NCBI GenBank assembly: GCA_034435015.1
Contig: DAOTYH010000080.1
Span: forward strand, 7,536 to 71,535
Source: Anaerolineae bacterium
GTDB taxonomy: Bacteria > Chloroflexota > Anaerolineae > Aggregatilineales > UBA3940
Length of the DNA: 64,000 nucleotides
Reading direction: 5' to 3'
Below the pieces are notes generated by a model that was not told the DNA's origin, searched no databases, and was given only the letters and a program-made list of their open reading frames with translations. Positions 26,687 through 36,541 of this stretch are shown here, piece after piece. Made by a program: the position numbers and the translations under genes. The stretch's first letter is position 1. Every line of letters begins with the position of its first letter.

Positions 26687-27995
26687 TGCCGAGATCATCA
26701 CGCTGGATGAGCAGGGGACGATCTATCACAACGCTGATCTGGTAGTCCGTGATGGACGCATTGTTTCTCTCGGTACTGCGCCTCAGGACCTCCGGGCTGA
26801 TGAAGTAGTGGATGGTCACGGGCGGGCTGTCCTGCCGGGGCTGGTCAACAGCCACTGTCATAGCCCGATGACCTTTGAGCGCGGCTGGGCTGAAGACCTG
26901 CCTTTTGATCGCTGGCTGAATGAGAAAATCTGGGTGGCCGAGAGCGCCCTGACCCCCGATGATGTTTACTGGGGAGCCGCGCTGGCCGCCTGCGAGATGA
27001 TCCGTTGTGGGACGGCGGCTTTCAACGATCACTACTTCTACATGGATCGGGTGGCTGAGGTGGCTTCGCAGAGCGGGATGAAGGCCGCGCTGACTTGGTG
27101 TGTGTTTGGCATCGGGCAGGAAGCAGAAGTAGGGCCGGGGCTGGATGGAACGGTAGAATGGATTAAGGAGACGCATCAAAGCAGTGGCGGACGTATCAGG
27201 ACATTTCTTGGCCCTCATTCCCCTTACATCTGCCCCCCTGAGTTTTTGACTCGTGTCGTTGAGATCGCGCATGAGACGGGGCAGGGCATCCACCTGCATC
27301 TGTCCGAGAGCCAGGATCAAGTTGATCAGTCACTAGCCAGATATGGTTTGCGTCCAGTACAACATGTCAACGGCTTGGGAGTATTCGATGTGCCGGGTGG
27401 ATGTGTGGCGGCCCATTGCCTGTATATAGACCGGGAGGATACAGCCATCCTTGCCGAGAAGGGAGTGCATGTGCCGCACTGTCCTATTACCTACATGAAG
27501 CTGGCTATGCCGTTCCCGCCGCTTAAGGACAGGCTGGAGGCAGGGGTAAGAGTGTGTCTGGGGACAGACGGCCCTGCCTCCAATGCGGATATGGATATGT
27601 TTGCCACCATCCGGCAGACGGCTCTGATCCACAAATATCAACTGGCCGACCCCCAGGCGATCCCTGGCGATACTGCACTGCGTATGGCAACCCAATATGG
27701 GGCGCGGGCATTAGGCTTTGAGGGGACAGGGATGCTGAAGGTCGGATCGCCTGCCGATCTTATTCTTGTCAACCTTGATGTCCCGCATATGCGCCCTATG
27801 CATGATCTGATTGCCAATCTGGTTCACTCGGCTAAGGGGGCAGATGTAACCGATGTCATGGTGGATGGCCGGTGGCTGATGCGTAAGCGCGAGCTGGTTA
27901 CCCTTGATGAGGAGCGGATTCTGTACGAGGCGGATAAACGTGCCCGTGCGATGGTTCAGCGCGGAATGACCCAATTGCGGGAGTACAAGGGCTGA
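26664..27995 (+). CDS. Amidohydrolase, 5-methylthioadenosine/SAH deaminase-like
   Basis: PGLVNSHCH, GPHSPY, HLHLSE, HCP, LGTDGPASN, ADLI. Confidence 0.85.
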   Translation: MAAIHIRNAEIITLDEQGTIYHNADLVVRDGRIVSLGTAPQDLRADEVVDGHGRAVLPGLVNSHCHSPMTFERGWAEDLPFDRWLNEKIWVAESALTPDDVYWGAALAACEMIRCGTAAFNDHYFYMDRVAEVASQSGMKAALTWCVFGIGQEAEVGPGLDGTVEWIKETHQSSGGRIRTFLGPHSPYICPPEFLTRVVEIAHETGQGIHLHLSESQDQVDQSLARYGLRPVQHVNGLGVFDVPGGCVAAHCLYIDREDTAILAEKGVHVPHCPITYMKLAMPFPPLKDRLEAGVRVCLGTDGPASNADMDMFATIRQTALIHKYQLADPQAIPGDTALRMATQYGARALGFEGTGMLKVGSPADLILVNLDVPHMRPMHDLIANLVHSAKGADVTDVMVDGRWLMRKRELVTLDEERILYEADKRARAMVQRGMTQLREYKG

Positions 27996-28006
27996 GATCA
28001 TCTGCC

Positions 28007-28939
28007 TCAGCGAGATGGGTTGGTCCACTCGCGCCATGCTAAAGTCCACATACAGGAGAGAAAGGCTGTTGCTGTCCCCCCGATGACCCATAGACCAAGG
28101 CGTAACGGGAGGCAGATCAGGGTGATCAGTCCTACCACAGCCAACAGCAGATTCAGAAGGAGCTGAGTGCCCAGATCGATCAGTGTGAGGGTGACAACCG
28201 GCAAAGGGTACTTTCGTACAATCTGCCAGCCTCGGCGGAACGAGGCAGTGGCGTTGGCTTCTTCCAACATACAGGCACGGTAGGCAAGCACCTGTATAAA
28301 TCCAAGCCCCAGTGAGAGTGCCAAGGAGGGAAGCAGGATCACTGCCAATGTGGCGGACAGCGTGGTATTGCTCAGTACAGCGTCTTGCGCCCCCGTGAGA
28401 CTGGACGGGACCCCCGTCCGGCTGAAGAACCTCCCTATCAGAATGGTGGCAATGATCAGCCCCACTAGGAGCGGGATCGGCGGAATGGAAGCCACCAGTA
28501 CCAGTTCCAGCCCCCTGTGCCACCCCGCCCGCAATGCCTCGCGGATGTTGGTGCTCTTCCCTCCTTCAATCCGGTCGGCAGAGGCGATCAGCCCTCCGCT
28601 TGCTATCAGGGCAACAATAGCGGTCGCTATCAGGAGGAACAGCCCTACACTGGCTACTCCCAACAGAACGATAACACCTGCTACCAGCAATGTCATCAGC
28701 TCGACTCCTCCCATAACGGGAGTTGAGGCCGCCGGATGCTCCCCGGCTGTCAACAGCGATTCAGGGGGCGGTAGTGTCAGCCAGTCAGATAGAGAGGGCA
28801 ACTCAACGTACCGGCTTAGGAATAGTTCAAAGACACTGCCGCTTCCGCTGAGAAGCGTGACCAGCGTTCCCAGCACAATCATAAACTTATTGTCCCAGAC
28901 AACACGCCAAGCCCGGCCAAACAGATGTCTGTAGTTCAA
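28007..28939 (-). CDS. Hypothetical multi-pass membrane protein
   Basis: 310-aa hydrophobic ORF with MNYRHLFGRAWRVVW at the N-terminus. Confidence 0.7.
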   Translation of the reverse strand: MNYRHLFGRAWRVVWDNKFMIVLGTLVTLLSGSGSVFELFLSRYVELPSLSDWLTLPPPESLLTAGEHPAASTPVMGGVELMTLLVAGVIVLLGVASVGLFLLIATAIVALIASGGLIASADRIEGGKSTNIREALRAGWHRGLELVLVASIPPIPLLVGLIIATILIGRFFSRTGVPSSLTGAQDAVLSNTTLSATLAVILLPSLALSLGLGFIQVLAYRACMLEEANATASFRRGWQIVRKYPLPVVTLTLIDLGTQLLLNLLLAVVGLITLICLPLRLGLWVIGGTATAFLSCMWTLAWREWTNPSR

Positions 28940-29052
28940 TGGTTTACCTCATGTATTGGCCACACTCTATGGCCCCCATTGTAGTTGAGCGGTAGAGGGG
29001 TGCAATTGCCTGACTGCATCCCTCGTAAAAACATTACGCTCTGATCGTTTGA

Positions 29053-29070
29053 TTGTGACATTAGTCACTA
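29053..29070. promoter_or_regulatory. CRP/FNR- or Rex-like palindromic operator upstream of the hdr-mvh operon
   Basis: TTGTGAC-ATTA-GTCACTA, which contains TGTGA-N6-TCACT. Confidence 0.6.
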
Positions 29071-29339
29071 TTAGCTTGCAGATGGTCAGATTACTCTACT
29101 AAACAAGGGTTTTCTATGTCGCGGTCATACTAGGCAAATCATTCCCTGTCCAGAAAACAGGAGGGTGAGTTGTCTGGGTTTTCTCGTCAATTGCCCCAGT
29201 TAACAGAGTTGCAGAGTTGCTTGATCCCTCAGCTTCGCAAAAAGAGAATTGTGCCAGTATCAGTTATGAACTGACCTGCTGTTGTGCTGGGGAGCGGGTG
29301 AGTTCATCTGAGTTGTGTGAGTGAAAGGAGGCTTCCGTC

Positions 29340-29912
29340 ATGCGAAATGGTTCAAAAGGGAACACCTTTTATGACCGGCTAGTTGCGGCCACGCCCGGAG
29401 GCGAGCTATTAGCCAGTTGCATTCAGTGTGGCACATGCGGAGGTTCATGCCCGTCAGGGCCGGACATGGACTCGACACCGCGCCGCATTTTTGCAATGGT
29501 AATGGCCGGGATGGAGGATGAGGTTCTCAGCAGTAATACGCCGTGGTATTGCGTCTCTTGTTATTTGTGTACTGTGCGGTGCCCCAAAGAAATCCCCATT
29601 ACCAACCTGATGTACACACTCAAGCGGATGGCGATTGCCAAGGGGCATTACCATAAAGACGCCCATGTGGATTGGTCTAACAGTTTCATTGGCTTTATTG
29701 AGCAGAACGGGCGTGCATTTGAACTTGGGATCATGACCCGCTTTGGCCTGTTGCATAAGCCGCTCAACATGGTCAAACAGAGCAGTATGGGCCTGCAAAT
29801 GATGGCAAAGGGCCGTCTCTCCATGAAACCTGAGCGCATTCGGAATATGCCGCAGTTAACCGCCATCCTGAATGAGGCTAAACGAATCGCCGCACAAGAG
29901 GAGGTACTGTGA
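29340..29912 (+). CDS. hdrC: Heterodisulfide reductase subunit C (2x[4Fe-4S])
   Basis: CIQCGTCGGSCP and CVSCYLCTVRCP; precedes hdrB. Confidence 0.88.
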   Translation: MRNGSKGNTFYDRLVAATPGGELLASCIQCGTCGGSCPSGPDMDSTPRRIFAMVMAGMEDEVLSSNTPWYCVSCYLCTVRCPKEIPITNLMYTLKRMAIAKGHYHKDAHVDWSNSFIGFIEQNGRAFELGIMTRFGLLHKPLNMVKQSSMGLQMMAKGRLSMKPERIRNMPQLTAILNEAKRIAAQEEVL

Positions 29913-29913
29913 C

Positions 29914-30873
29914 GTGAGCGAGGAGAAACTTCATTACGCCTACTATCCCGGCTGTTCCATGTCAACATCTGCTCATGCTTATGGAAGTTCGATTAAGCAT
30001 GTCAATCAGGCGCTTGGCCTTGAATTTGAGGAGATCGAAGATTGGAACTGCTGTGGTGCATCTGAGTATATCAGCGTTAACGCTTTGCCAGCTTATAGCC
30101 TGATTGCACGCAATCTCTCCCTGGCGGCCCAGACGAATACACATGAGCTGGTTGCGCCGTGCAGTATGTGCTACCTGAACCTGCACAAAGTTGAGGGGTA
30201 CATGCGGAAATACCCCGACCTCAATGAAAAGGTCAATCAGGCATTAGCCGCAGGCGGACTGCACTATAAGCCGGGCACCATGCATGTCCGTCATCTGCTG
30301 GATGTGATTGTTGAGGATGTAGGGTACGATGCAGTAGCCCAACGGGTAACGAAGCCCCTCTATGGGTTGCGGGTAGCCCCTTACTATGGTTGTCTGATCA
30401 CGCGCCCTGAATCGGAATATAACCCGGAATATCCCACCCACCTCGATGAGTTGATGCGGAGGCTGGGCGCGACCGTGATTGATTTCCCGCTCAAGACACA
30501 CTGCTGTGGCGGTCATATGACGCAAATCAGCGAAGAGACTGCCTATGAGCTGATGCGGCGCATTCTGCATAATGCTGATGAGTATAAGGCCGACTTGATT
30601 GTCACCCTGTGCCCTATGTGTCAGCTTAACCTCGATGCCTTCCAGCCTCAGGTCAACCAGATGTTTGGCACGAATTTCCACATGCCCGTCCTGTTCTTCA
30701 CTCAGTTGATGGGGTTGGCCTTCGGCTTTAGCCAGAATCAGCTAGGCATTGGGAGTGAGATCGTCTCGGCAAGTGCCGCGCTCCGCAGGATCAGCGAACA
30801 GCCGGCAGAGCCGGAACAGCGTGCTCCTAAGAAGCGTGATAAGAATGCCCTGCCGATGCCGCCGGCACTCTGA
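29914..30873 (+). CDS. hdrB: Heterodisulfide reductase subunit B (two CCG domains)
   Basis: YYPGC...WNCCG...PCSMC and YYGC...HCCGG...LCPMC. GTG at 29914 follows GGAGG. Confidence 0.92.
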   Translation: MSEEKLHYAYYPGCSMSTSAHAYGSSIKHVNQALGLEFEEIEDWNCCGASEYISVNALPAYSLIARNLSLAAQTNTHELVAPCSMCYLNLHKVEGYMRKYPDLNEKVNQALAAGGLHYKPGTMHVRHLLDVIVEDVGYDAVAQRVTKPLYGLRVAPYYGCLITRPESEYNPEYPTHLDELMRRLGATVIDFPLKTHCCGGHMTQISEETAYELMRRILHNADEYKADLIVTLCPMCQLNLDAFQPQVNQMFGTNFHMPVLFFTQLMGLAFGFSQNQLGIGSEIVSASAALRRISEQPAEPEQRAPKKRDKNALPMPPAL

Positions 30874-30899
30874 GCGATGTGTGAAAGGACTTTGGCACT

Positions 30900-32930
30900 A
30901 TGACCGAAGAGAGAGTAGGAGTATACGTTTGTCACTGTGGCCATAATATTGCGGGCACAGTGGATGTTGAGTCAGTCAGCAGGTGGACGGCTGATCTGCC
31001 CAATGTAGTGGTGTCGCGTGATTACAAGTTTATGTGCTCCAGCCTTGGGCAGGAGCTAGTTGAAAAGGACATCAAGGAACTTGGCCTGACCCGTGTGGTT
31101 GTGGCGGCTTGCTCGCCCCACATGCACGAGCCGACCTTCCGGAAGGCCTGTGCGCGTGCCGGCTTGAATCCCTATTTGTTTGAGATGGCGAACATCCGCG
31201 AGCATGCTAGCTGGGTTCACCCGTACGACAAGGATGCCGCTACTGACAAGGCTAAGGCAGAAGTAGCTGGAGCAGTGCGCCGTGTTCAGGAGCTGAAACC
31301 GCTAGAACCGTTCATTGCCCAGATTGCTGAGCCTACGCTGGTGGTGGGCGGTGGGATAGCCGGCATCAACGTTGCGCTGGAGATCGCCAATGCCGGGCAT
31401 CCGGTTTATCTGGTCGAGCGCGAACCAAGCATCGGCGGTCATATGGCCCAGTTCGACAAGACCTTCCCCACGCTGGACTGCTCAGCCTGCATCCTCACCC
31501 CTAAGATGTTTGAGGTAGGGAATCATCCGAACGTCACAATGCTGACCTACTCTGAGGTAGAGGAAGTCAAGGGATATGTCGGCAACTTCGACGTCCGGAT
31601 TCGCAAGCGGGCACGCAAGGTCAATACAGACCTGTGTACCGGTTGCGGCGAATGCTGGTCTCGTTGTCCTGCGAAGGTTGTAGACACGGTTTATGAGGCT
31701 GGCTTGGGGTATCGTACGGCCATTTACCGGCCTTTCCCGCAGGCCGTCCCCAAATATCCTGTGATTGATACGGAGAGCTGTATCTACTTCCAGAAGGGGA
31801 CATGTAAGGCTTGCCAGAAGTTCTGCCCCACAGGCGCCATTGACTTTGAGCAAGAGGATGAGATCCTCACCATTCACGTGGGCAACATCGTGCTGGCCAC
31901 AGGCTTTGAGCTGTTCGACGCACGGCGCATCCCGCAGTATGGCTACGGGCGGCTGGCCAATGTGTTCAGCAGTCTCGAATTTGAGCGTATGACCAATGCC
32001 TCTGGGCCGACTAACGGCAAGGTTGTTTTGCGTGACGGCGTTACTGAGCCAAAGAGCGTGGCCATTATCCACTGCGTCGGTAGCCGTGATAAGAATTACA
32101 ACCCCCACTGCTCGGCCATTTGCTGTATGGCGGCGCTCAAATTTGCACACCTCGTCAAAGAGAAGACCGATGCAGAGGTGTACGACTTCTATATTGACAT
32201 GCGTACCATCTCTAAGGACTACGAGGAGTTCTACGATCGGCTTCTAAACGAGGGGACGCACTTCATTCGCGGGCGCGTGGCTGAAGTCACCGATGCGGCA
32301 CGTCTGCCCGGTGAAGAAGGCAAGCTGATCGTCCAGGTCGAGGATACGCTGATTGGGAAACAGCGCCGTATTCCGGTAGATATGGTGATCCTGATGTCAG
32401 GCCTTGAGCCACAGCGTGATGCCAAGGAAATCGCGCATCTGTTCGGGATTGGTTGCTCTGAGGCCGGCTTCTTCATCGAACGGCATCCCAAGCTGGACCC
32501 CATTGCTACCATGACCGATGGTATTTTCATCGCCGGTGCGTGCCAAGGAGCTAAGGACATTCCAACCAGTGTAGCGCAAGGAGCGGCGGCGGCGGCCCGT
32601 GTGCTGGCGCTGATCAGTCAGGGTGAGATCGAGATTGAGCCAATCCGTGCTCAAATTGATGAGGAGCGTTGCTCTGGTTGTCGTATCTGCAATAACCTGT
32701 GCCCGTACAGTGCCATTGAGTACATTGAGGAAAAGGGTGTCAGCCGGGTGAATCCGGCCCTCTGCAAGGGGTGCGGTACCTGTGTGGCCGCCTGTCCAAG
32801 TCAAGTGATCGAAGGGCAACACTTTACCTTCGGTTCCTTGATGGCTCAGATCGAAGGCGTGCTGTGGGACAGACGTCCTGACGGCGGCACCACTGTCTAT
32901 ACTCAAGCGGAACCGGTCGCGGCTGAATAG
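30900..32930 (+). CDS. hdrA: Heterodisulfide reductase subunit A (FAD, multiple Fe-S clusters)
   Basis: VGVYVCHCG, VVVAACSP, NIREH, GGGIAG, KTFPTLDCSACI, HCVGSRD...CSAICCMAALK, plus inserted and C-terminal ferredoxin motifs. Confidence 0.95.
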   Translation: MTEERVGVYVCHCGHNIAGTVDVESVSRWTADLPNVVVSRDYKFMCSSLGQELVEKDIKELGLTRVVVAACSPHMHEPTFRKACARAGLNPYLFEMANIREHASWVHPYDKDAATDKAKAEVAGAVRRVQELKPLEPFIAQIAEPTLVVGGGIAGINVALEIANAGHPVYLVEREPSIGGHMAQFDKTFPTLDCSACILTPKMFEVGNHPNVTMLTYSEVEEVKGYVGNFDVRIRKRARKVNTDLCTGCGECWSRCPAKVVDTVYEAGLGYRTAIYRPFPQAVPKYPVIDTESCIYFQKGTCKACQKFCPTGAIDFEQEDEILTIHVGNIVLATGFELFDARRIPQYGYGRLANVFSSLEFERMTNASGPTNGKVVLRDGVTEPKSVAIIHCVGSRDKNYNPHCSAICCMAALKFAHLVKEKTDAEVYDFYIDMRTISKDYEEFYDRLLNEGTHFIRGRVAEVTDAARLPGEEGKLIVQVEDTLIGKQRRIPVDMVILMSGLEPQRDAKEIAHLFGIGCSEAGFFIERHPKLDPIATMTDGIFIAGACQGAKDIPTSVAQGAAAAARVLALISQGEIEIEPIRAQIDEERCSGCRICNNLCPYSAIEYIEEKGVSRVNPALCKGCGTCVAACPSQVIEGQHFTFGSLMAQIEGVLWDRRPDGGTTVYTQAEPVAAE

Positions 32931-32944
32931 AGAGGGAGTTAACC

Positions 32945-33454
32945 ATGCCCGAACAGGACTTCAATCAATACAATCCCGCGTGGGGCGACCGACACCCTGT
33001 GATTGTCGGTTTTCTGTGTAACTGGTGTTCGTATCGCGCCGCAGATTTGGCCGGGATCAGCCGTTTTACTTATCCGGCTACTCTGCGTGATATTCGCATC
33101 ATGTGCACCGGACGGCTTGACCCTACCTTTGTGCTGAAGGCGTTGCGGGAGGGTGCTGACGGTGTGCTGGTGATGGGTTGTCACCCCGGCCAGTGTCACT
33201 ACGAGTCAGGCAACTATAAGGCTATGCGCCGAATGGCACTCCTGCGCCGCACGCTCGCCCAGTTGGGCGTCCACCCTGATCGCGTGCAGTTGGGGTGGGC
33301 CTCAGCCGCTCAGGGTAATATCTTCACTGAGACAGTTACCCGGATGACTGAGGCTATCGCGCGGCTTGGCCCTCTACAATGGAATGACACTATCAACGAT
33401 CTGGCTCCGCGCACCCCTGCGTTGCCTGAAATGGAGGAGGTCGCTCATGGCTAA
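32945..33454 (+). CDS. mvhD: Hydrogenase [2Fe-2S] subunit MvhD
   Basis: GFLCNWCSY, RIMCTGR, GADGVLVMGCHPGQCHY. Confidence 0.93.
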   Translation: MPEQDFNQYNPAWGDRHPVIVGFLCNWCSYRAADLAGISRFTYPATLRDIRIMCTGRLDPTFVLKALREGADGVLVMGCHPGQCHYESGNYKAMRRMALLRRTLAQLGVHPDRVQLGWASAAQGNIFTETVTRMTEAIARLGPLQWNDTINDLAPRTPALPEMEEVAHG

Positions 33455-34472
33455 ACCCAAGCTTGGCATCTACTGGGCCGCCTCATGCGGCGGCTGTGAG
33501 ATCGCTGTGTTGGCAGTCCATGAGAAGATATTGGATGTGGCCAATGCTTTCGATATTGTATTCTGGCCGTGCGTGATGGACTTTAAAAAGAAGGATGTCG
33601 AAGCTCTAGCCGACGGCGAAATTGATGTGTGCCTGTTTAACGGCGCGATTCGCACCGATGAGAACGAGGAGATGGCTCATCTCTTGCGGCGCAAGAGCAA
33701 AGTGTTGGTGGCTTACGGAAGCTGTGCCTACGAGGGATGCATACCCGGTCTAGCGAACTTCACCGACCGCAAACACATGATGCAGTATATCTATCATGAT
33801 GCTCCCTCTATGGATAACCCGGAGGGGGTCGAGCCGCAAACAAGAATACCAGTGCCTGAGGGTGAGCTGACCCTGCCTGCCTTCTGGAATACTGTCCGTG
33901 CACTTGATCAGGTGGTGCCGGTAGATTACTACCTGCCCGGTTGCCCGCCAGAGGCGAAGTGGACGCTGGCGGCTGTTGAGGCCATCTTGAGCGGCCAGCT
34001 TCCGCCGCGCGGCTCAGTCATTGGCCTCAATGTGACAGTCTGCGACGAATGCCCGCGCACCAAGTCGGAGAAGAAGATCAAGCGTTTCTATCGGCCCTAC
34101 GAGATCATTCCCGATGAGACAACCTGTCTGTTGGAACAGGGGCTGTTCTGCGCTGGAATCGCCACACGGGGCGGTTGTGGAGCGCTGTGTCCTCAGGCCA
34201 ATCGGGGCTGTGAGGGATGCTATGGACCCAACGAAGGTGTGATAGACGCTGGAGCAAAGCTGATCGGGGCACTGGCCTCGGTGATTGATGCCGAGAAACC
34301 AGAAGAGATTGATGCCATCCTTGATACGTTGCCCGATCCGGCGGGTTACTTCTACCGCTTTAGTTTGGCCAGTTCTTTACTGCGCCGCACACGGCTGTCG
34401 CAGGAAAACGGAAGCCCGACAGCTCAGCCGGTAGAGGAAACACCCCGCCTCGACCCCAACCTGGCTATTTAG
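33447..34472 (+). CDS. mvhG: Group 3c [NiFe]-hydrogenase small subunit MvhG
   Basis: WAASCGGC, GSCA, PGCPP, VCDECP, CLLEQGLFCAG..TRGGCGALCP...CEGCYG. ATG at 33447 follows GGAGGAGG. Confidence 0.9.
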   Translation: MAKPKLGIYWAASCGGCEIAVLAVHEKILDVANAFDIVFWPCVMDFKKKDVEALADGEIDVCLFNGAIRTDENEEMAHLLRRKSKVLVAYGSCAYEGCIPGLANFTDRKHMMQYIYHDAPSMDNPEGVEPQTRIPVPEGELTLPAFWNTVRALDQVVPVDYYLPGCPPEAKWTLAAVEAILSGQLPPRGSVIGLNVTVCDECPRTKSEKKIKRFYRPYEIIPDETTCLLEQGLFCAGIATRGGCGALCPQANRGCEGCYGPNEGVIDAGAKLIGALASVIDAEKPEEIDAILDTLPDPAGYFYRFSLASSLLRRTRLSQENGSPTAQPVEETPRLDPNLAI

Positions 34473-34478
34473 GAGGCG

Positions 34479-35954
34479 ATGATGACCCAAAGAATCACGA
34501 TTGACCCAATCACACGCCTCGAAGGTCATGGCAAGATCGAGATTTTCCTAGACGATGCAGGCGAGGTTGCTAACACCTACTTCCAGATACCGGAACTACG
34601 CGGCTTTGAGGTCTTTTGCCTTGGGCGGCCTGCGGAAGACATGCCGCGTCTCACCAACCGCATTTGCGGCGTCTGTCCTGAAGCGCATCACATGGCCGCC
34701 GCCAAGGCGCTTGACATGCTGTTCCATGTTGATCCGCCTCCAGCCGCCAAGAAACTGCGCGAGTTGTTCTACAGCGCCTTCTACTGCACCGACCATACGA
34801 CCCACTTTTACGCTCTCGGCGGCCCTGACTTCGTAGTAGGGCCGGACGCCCCGGCGGCCCAGCGCAACATCTTGGGGGTGATCGGCAAGGTAGGAGTAGA
34901 GGCCGGGCTAAAGGTCATCAATACCCGCAAGAACAACCATGAGGTCATCAAGATCATTGGCGGGCGGGCTATTCACCCGGCCTGCGGTTTGCCGGGGGGG
35001 ATGACTAAAGCCATCAACGAGGAAGAGCGCCAGTTCATTGAGCAGGTGGCGCGGGCCAATGTTGAGTTCGCCCTGTGGTCGCTGGAGCTGTTCGACAGCA
35101 TCGTGTTAAAGAACAGCGCCTACGTAGACCTGATCCTCAGTGATGCGTATACCCAGAAGGTCTACTACATGGGCCTTGTGGACGAGAACAACCATGTCAA
35201 CTTCTATGACGGCAAGATACGTGTTGTAGACCCGGACGGCGTGGAGTTTGTTAAGTACGCACCTGCCGAGTACCTCGATCACATTGCTGAACATGTTGAG
35301 CCGTACAGCTATCTCAAGTTCCCATACCTGAAGAAGGTAGGCTGGAAGGGACTGGTGGACGGCAAAGATTCCGGCATGTATGCCTGCACGCCAATGAGCC
35401 GTCTCAATGCGGCTGACGGCATGGCTACCCCGCGTGCCCAGGAAGCCTATGAGAAGCTCTTTGCCACGCTGGGTGGTAAGCCGGTGCATCATACGCTGGC
35501 TATCCACTGGGCGCGTCTGGTGGAACTGCTCTATGCCGCTGAACGGATGCTTGAGCTGGCTGTCGATCCGGAAATCACCGACCCGAACGTGAGAACTATC
35601 CCGACTGAGACGCCCACATGGGGTGTTGGCACAGTCGAGGCGCCGCGCGGCACGTTGACGCATCACTACGAGACTGATGAGCGGGGCATCCTGACACGGG
35701 TCAACCTGATCGTGGGGACAACCAACAACACGGCGCCCATCACCCTCAGCATCAAGAAGGCGGCTAAGGCCATGATTCATGGGGGCGTGGTCAATGATGG
35801 CATTCTGAACATGGTCGAGATGGCTTTCCGAAGCTATGACCCCTGCTTCAGTTGTTCCACACACTCACTGCCCGGCCAGATGCCGCTTGAGGTGAACATC
35901 TATGATGCCAAGGGGAACATCATTGACCGGCGTCTGCAGAATATCACGTCTTAG
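34479..35954 (+). CDS. mvhA: Group 3c [NiFe]-hydrogenase large subunit MvhA
   Basis: PITRLEGHG, L1 RICGVC, EAPRGTLTHHY, L2 DPCFSCSTH followed by a cleavable tail. Cys is present at the positions where some homologues have Sec. Confidence 0.93.
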   Translation: MMTQRITIDPITRLEGHGKIEIFLDDAGEVANTYFQIPELRGFEVFCLGRPAEDMPRLTNRICGVCPEAHHMAAAKALDMLFHVDPPPAAKKLRELFYSAFYCTDHTTHFYALGGPDFVVGPDAPAAQRNILGVIGKVGVEAGLKVINTRKNNHEVIKIIGGRAIHPACGLPGGMTKAINEEERQFIEQVARANVEFALWSLELFDSIVLKNSAYVDLILSDAYTQKVYYMGLVDENNHVNFYDGKIRVVDPDGVEFVKYAPAEYLDHIAEHVEPYSYLKFPYLKKVGWKGLVDGKDSGMYACTPMSRLNAADGMATPRAQEAYEKLFATLGGKPVHHTLAIHWARLVELLYAAERMLELAVDPEITDPNVRTIPTETPTWGVGTVEAPRGTLTHHYETDERGILTRVNLIVGTTNNTAPITLSIKKAAKAMIHGGVVNDGILNMVEMAFRSYDPCFSCSTHSLPGQMPLEVNIYDAKGNIIDRRLQNITS

Positions 35955-35975
35955 GCTCGGCAGTGGATTGCTTCC

Positions 35976-36003
35976 TTCAGGGGCGGTGCGTACCGCCCCT
36001 GAA
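35976..36003. other. Intra-operon 12-bp perfect hairpin between mvhA and the protease gene
   Basis: TTCAGGGGCGGT-gcgt-ACCGCCCCTGAA. Confidence 0.75.
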
Positions 36004-36025
36004 ATAAACTTGGTGTCATTGGCAA

Positions 36026-36541
36026 ATGAAAACACTGGTGATCGGACTGGGAAACCCTGCCTTGACCGATGATGGAGCAGGCATTTATGCCGCGCAGGCG
36101 GTGCGCAAGGCTTTGCCAACTGAGGCAGATGTGGATGTGATCGAGCTTTCAGTGGGCGGGCTGGCGCTGATGGAAGCCATGAGCGGCTATGGGCGGGTCA
36201 TTCTGCTCGATGCCCTATGGGCACCTGAAGATCAGGTGGGGCAAGTGGTGCAGTTTGATGCAGGTTACTTACCTGCTACCTTGAACACAGCCAGCACCCA
36301 TGACGTTGATCTGCCTACTGCTCTGCATGTGGGGCGGCGGTTGGGAGTGCCTCTGCCTCTCGACGAGGACATTCACATTGTTGCCATTACCGCACACGAG
36401 GTGCTGACTTTTGGCGAGAGGCCAACCCCCGCCGTGCTCGCCGCGATCCCCGAAGCGGCGGCTAGGGTGTTAGCCCTGCTGGGATATACTGATGTCATGA
36501 TACCGGAATATGCTGGAGGGAATATAGATGATCTCCCCTGA
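36026..36541 (+). CDS. Hydrogenase maturation protease
   Basis: LVIGLGNPALTDDGAG, ILLDA, STHD. Confidence 0.92.
   Translation: MKTLVIGLGNPALTDDGAGIYAAQAVRKALPTEADVDVIELSVGGLALMEAMSGYGRVILLDALWAPEDQVGQVVQFDAGYLPATLNTASTHDVDLPTALHVGRRLGVPLPLDEDIHIVAITAHEVLTFGERPTPAVLAAIPEAAARVLALLGYTDVMIPEYAGGNIDDLP

Noticed and set aside
27711-28523. Long alternative-frame or antisense ORFs (also 36926-37762, 39826-40623, 35106-35864, 26574-27320, 31482-32150)
   Set aside because: They overlap well-supported genes, show no motifs, and are expected at this GC content.
32945-35954. Selenocysteine recoding in MvhD, MvhA or HdrA
   Set aside because: All metal-ligand positions are Cys codons in uninterrupted frames; there is no in-frame TGA.
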